A stretch of DNA of 64,000 bases, taken from NCBI GenBank assembly GCA_039794085.1, contig JBDIWC010000003.1, positions 32,001 to 96,000 on the forward strand, in the 5' to 3' direction. The stretch is from Gemmatimonadales bacterium. Lineage in GTDB: Bacteria; Gemmatimonadota; Gemmatimonadetes; Gemmatimonadales; GWC2-71-9. The notes below the pieces were generated by a model. It ran no database searches and was not told where the DNA came from. It saw nothing but the letters and a program-made list of their open reading frames with translations. Made by a program: the position numbers and the translations under genes. This document shows positions 61,481 through 64,000 of this stretch, in pieces; within the stretch, counting starts at the first letter, position 1; every line of letters begins with the position of its first letter.

Positions 61481-63623
61481 CCCACGTTCCCCAATCCAAC
61501 GTCGCCCCCACGTAGACCTGGCGACTCGCCCCCGGTTCAAAGACCCGTCCGCCAAATCCGTTCACCGTGACGGCGCTGATGTACCGCCGGTTGAAGAGAT
61601 TCTCCACGCCCACGAAGGGCCGGCCGGCCAGGCGCCCGGCGCCGAGGGTCCAGGTGGCGCGGAGTCCGGTGACGCCGACTCCCCACGATGCCGCCTGCTG
61701 GGTGTTGCGGTCATCGGCCCAGACGCCGCTCGCCAGGGTCTGGTCGAGGTCGAGGGTCACCGGCCCCAGAGCGGACCGGACGCCGAGCCGCAGTTGATGC
61801 AGCGGGACGCCCGGGAGCCGGTTCCCGTCCAGGGTATCGGTGACGCCGCCGTTCGTCACCCGGAATCGGGTGAACCGGAGATCGCTCAGGGTGTAGGCGC
61901 CCAGCATCGAAAGCCCGGTGAGGGGCCGGACCTGCAGCCCGGCTTCGACGCCCTGATGGCGGGTCCGCCCGGCGTTCTGGAAAAAGGCGCGGCCATCCTG
62001 CTCCCGGGCCTGGATCAGGGCGTCCCGCACGGTGATGCGATAGACGGCGAGGGAGTACTCGGCGACCCGCTGCCGGCCGCGGATGCCCCACTCGACGCTG
62101 ACCGCCCGCTGGGGGCCGAGATTGCGGTTGAGGCCGATGACACCACCGGGGAGGCTCACCAGTTCGGTCGACGTGGGGGACTCGAAGGCCGTGCCGGCGG
62201 TGACCCAGGTGTTGTGCCGGTCATCGAGGGTGATCGTGACGCCCAGAGAGCCGCTCACGTTGGCCATCACCCGCCGGCCACTGTGGTCCTCGCCCCCGGC
62301 GGCGATCCGGTCCCGCACCGTGAACACCAGGCGATCGTATCGGAGCCCCCCGCTCAGCACGACGGGACCGGTCTGCCAGGAGGCGTGGGCAAAGGGTCCG
62401 AGTTCCGACACCGTCTCCCGCTGATCCACCAGGAGGGCGGTGGTGATCTGTCCCCCGTCCGAGCGGAAGTTCCGCCGCTCGTCCCGCATCCGCTGCACAT
62501 CGGCACCGACGGTCAGCGTGCCCCGGTTCCCATCGAACGGAACGGCGGCTTCGGCCCGGGTGCCCAGCACGACCCGGTCGATGGTGTTGAAGGTGCCCTC
62601 CGTGGGACCGGCGGGTGCCGGAGGGGCCGTGGCCAGGGGATTCTCCAGGTCCCTCCATTGCACCCAGGCACCGAGGGAGGTTCGAACACCGCTGCCCGCA
62701 CCACGCCCGGCCACCCCTCCCGGGCGGCCCTCCAGGTGCACCGAGAGTTGGGTCTGGGTGACGTCCTTGTCGGCTCCCCGCGCCACGTTGTTGGGCGCCG
62801 CGGCCGAGGGGGTGGACGCGGCCTCGGCGGCGGTGAGGGCGCCGGGGTTCTTCGCCTCGGGAGCATCCGCCACCGCCACCCGGAAACCGAGTTGCCAGCG
62901 CGAGGTGATGTCGTGGAGGACCCGGGCGGTTACCTGACGCTGGTCTGCACTGCTGTGGTCCCGGAAACCGTCGGTCTCCATCCGGGACACCGCGAGGCTC
63001 GCCACCGTGGCGTCGGAGCGGAAGCCGGACAGGAAGTGCCACTTGCGAGTGGCGAACGTGCCACCCTGGGCCCGGAACGACTGCGTGAACCCCCGCTCCT
63101 CCGGCAACCCGGTGGAGAATTGCAGAACGCCCCCGGCCGCGTTGCCGTAGAGCGCGCTCGAAGCGCCGCGGAGGATCTCGATCCGGTCCACCGACGCGAG
63201 GTCGAGGTTCGACAGTTGGCCCTGTCCGTCCGGCAGGGTCTGGGGCACTCCGTCGAGGACCAGCCGGAGACCTCGCATGCCGAAGCTGGACCGGCTCCCG
63301 AACCCGCGGATCGACAACCGCTGATCGAGAGAGGCGTTGTACCGGTTGGCCACATGCACACCGGGAACATCGGCGAGGGCTTCGTCGAGCCCGAGGGTGG
63401 CACGACCCCGGGTGAGGGCCTCCCGGTTCAGGACCGAGATGGATGCGGGGATCCGGGACAGCGGGGCCGTCTGCCGGGTGACCGTCACCGCGATGTCCGG
63501 AAGCCGGGCGGCCCTCGTGCTGTCGGTGCGGGTGGTATCCTGCTGTCCCCCCGCTGACGCGAGCGGGAGCGCCAAAAGGGAGAGGGCGACACCCAGAACG
63601 GTCGGCAGGGAGTGGGGGGGCAT
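61449..63623 (-). CDS. TonB-dependent outer-membrane receptor
   Basis: Signal peptide; IAVTVTR; plug motifs LADVPGV, LSIRGFG, VLDGVP, DRIEILRGASSALYGNAAGGV; C-terminal VENLFNRRY...PGASRQVYVG. Confidence 0.93.
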   Translation of the reverse strand: MPPHSLPTVLGVALSLLALPLASAGGQQDTTRTDSTRAARLPDIAVTVTRQTAPLSRIPASISVLNREALTRGRATLGLDEALADVPGVHVANRYNASLDQRLSIRGFGSRSSFGMRGLRLVLDGVPQTLPDGQGQLSNLDLASVDRIEILRGASSALYGNAAGGVLQFSTGLPEERGFTQSFRAQGGTFATRKWHFLSGFRSDATVASLAVSRMETDGFRDHSSADQRQVTARVLHDITSRWQLGFRVAVADAPEAKNPGALTAAEAASTPSAAAPNNVARGADKDVTQTQLSVHLEGRPGGVAGRGAGSGVRTSLGAWVQWRDLENPLATAPPAPAGPTEGTFNTIDRVVLGTRAEAAVPFDGNRGTLTVGADVQRMRDERRNFRSDGGQITTALLVDQRETVSELGPFAHASWQTGPVVLSGGLRYDRLVFTVRDRIAAGGEDHSGRRVMANVSGSLGVTITLDDRHNTWVTAGTAFESPTSTELVSLPGGVIGLNRNLGPQRAVSVEWGIRGRQRVAEYSLAVYRITVRDALIQAREQDGRAFFQNAGRTRHQGVEAGLQVRPLTGLSMLGAYTLSDLRFTRFRVTNGGVTDTLDGNRLPGVPLHQLRLGVRSALGPVTLDLDQTLASGVWADDRNTQQAASWGVGVTGLRATWTLGAGRLAGRPFVGVENLFNRRYISAVTVNGFGGRVFEPGASRQVYVGATLDWGTWGGEWGVENRE

Positions 63624-63694
63624 GGGGTCGAAAGGTAGCAAGGTTCGAGGGTCGCTTGAATCGGCCCGCCTCGGGGCCTACCTTCCCTCCGCGC

Positions 63695-64000
63695 ATGACT
63701 CATCCCAACCCGCCTCCCGACCCGATGCCCGTTCCTCTTCTGGAGGCGCCCGAGGCCCGTTTCCTTCCCGCCCCCGCCGATGGGGTGATGCCGGAAGGGT
63801 TCTTCGCCACCACCAACCTTCCGACCTGGGTGCGGTTGTCGGAGGGATGGGTCATGCCGATGCATGCGCGCATGGATGGAGTCATCGTGCGGCGCTCGGA
63901 GTCGTTGGTGGTCCTCGAACCTCGGCGGGTGCACCAGGGAGAGCTGGTGGCCATGGGACTCGCCGAAGACGGATCGGAGGGCATCTGGGTCGACACCCAC
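63695..64000 (+). CDS. 5' part of a TIGR00300-type (LOR/SDH-region, AgrE/ArgZ-like ornithine cyclodeaminase) protein, truncated by window end
   Basis: Manual translation ...PAPADGVMPEGFFATTNLPTWV...RMDGVIV...EPRRVHQGELVAMGLAEDGSEGIWV; open to window end. Confidence 0.7.
   Translation, partial: MTHPNPPPDPMPVPLLEAPEARFLPAPADGVMPEGFFATTNLPTWVRLSEGWVMPMHARMDGVIVRRSESLVVLEPRRVHQGELVAMGLAEDGSEGIWVDTH

Noticed and set aside
61246..61570. ORFs with WVLGIGY repeats
   Set aside because: Translation artefacts of the heptamer tract; no ATG or RBS

Overview
GC-rich bacterial chromosome segment, most likely Gemmatimonadota (inferred from recalled lineage signatures such as the EF-Tu effector loop [22 protein letters not shown] and the accessory gene repertoire; not database-checked). 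About 60% is the core transcription/translation superoperon: tRNA-Thr/Tyr/Gly/Thr-tuf-rpmG-secE-nusG-rplKAJL-rpoBC, then, after a 7.8-kb accessory block (RND pump, membrane protein, Ig-repeat M8 metalloprotease), str-S10-spc through secY-adk-map; the alpha operon does not follow. The left end has stress genes (USP, DUF2892, CBS, minimal Hsp20), mscS and cysS. The right third has suhB, trpS, a degenerate PilT-like ATPase, purA and a four-gene type IV minor-pilin operon with a candidate sigma-54 promoter. It also carries a six-gene translationally coupled operon (zincin, secreted beta-propeller, hypothetical, ubiquitin-like protein lacking C-terminal GG, membrane protein, HDAC-family deacetylase), a dipeptide epimerase, priA, a beta-propeller lipoprotein, an orphan histidine kinase, a TonB-dependent receptor and the start of a TIGR00300-type gene. 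The best candidate for an undescribed system is the ubiquitin-like/zincin/HDAC operon. Other notable signals are two identical, strongly G-skewed tuf copies, a 157-aa RpoB insertion, and several repeat families (REP-like palindrome, heptamer tracts, a ~150-bp duplicated unit) next to stop codons. No CRISPR array, rRNA, transposase or integrase was seen. All protein calls are by motif recognition only.
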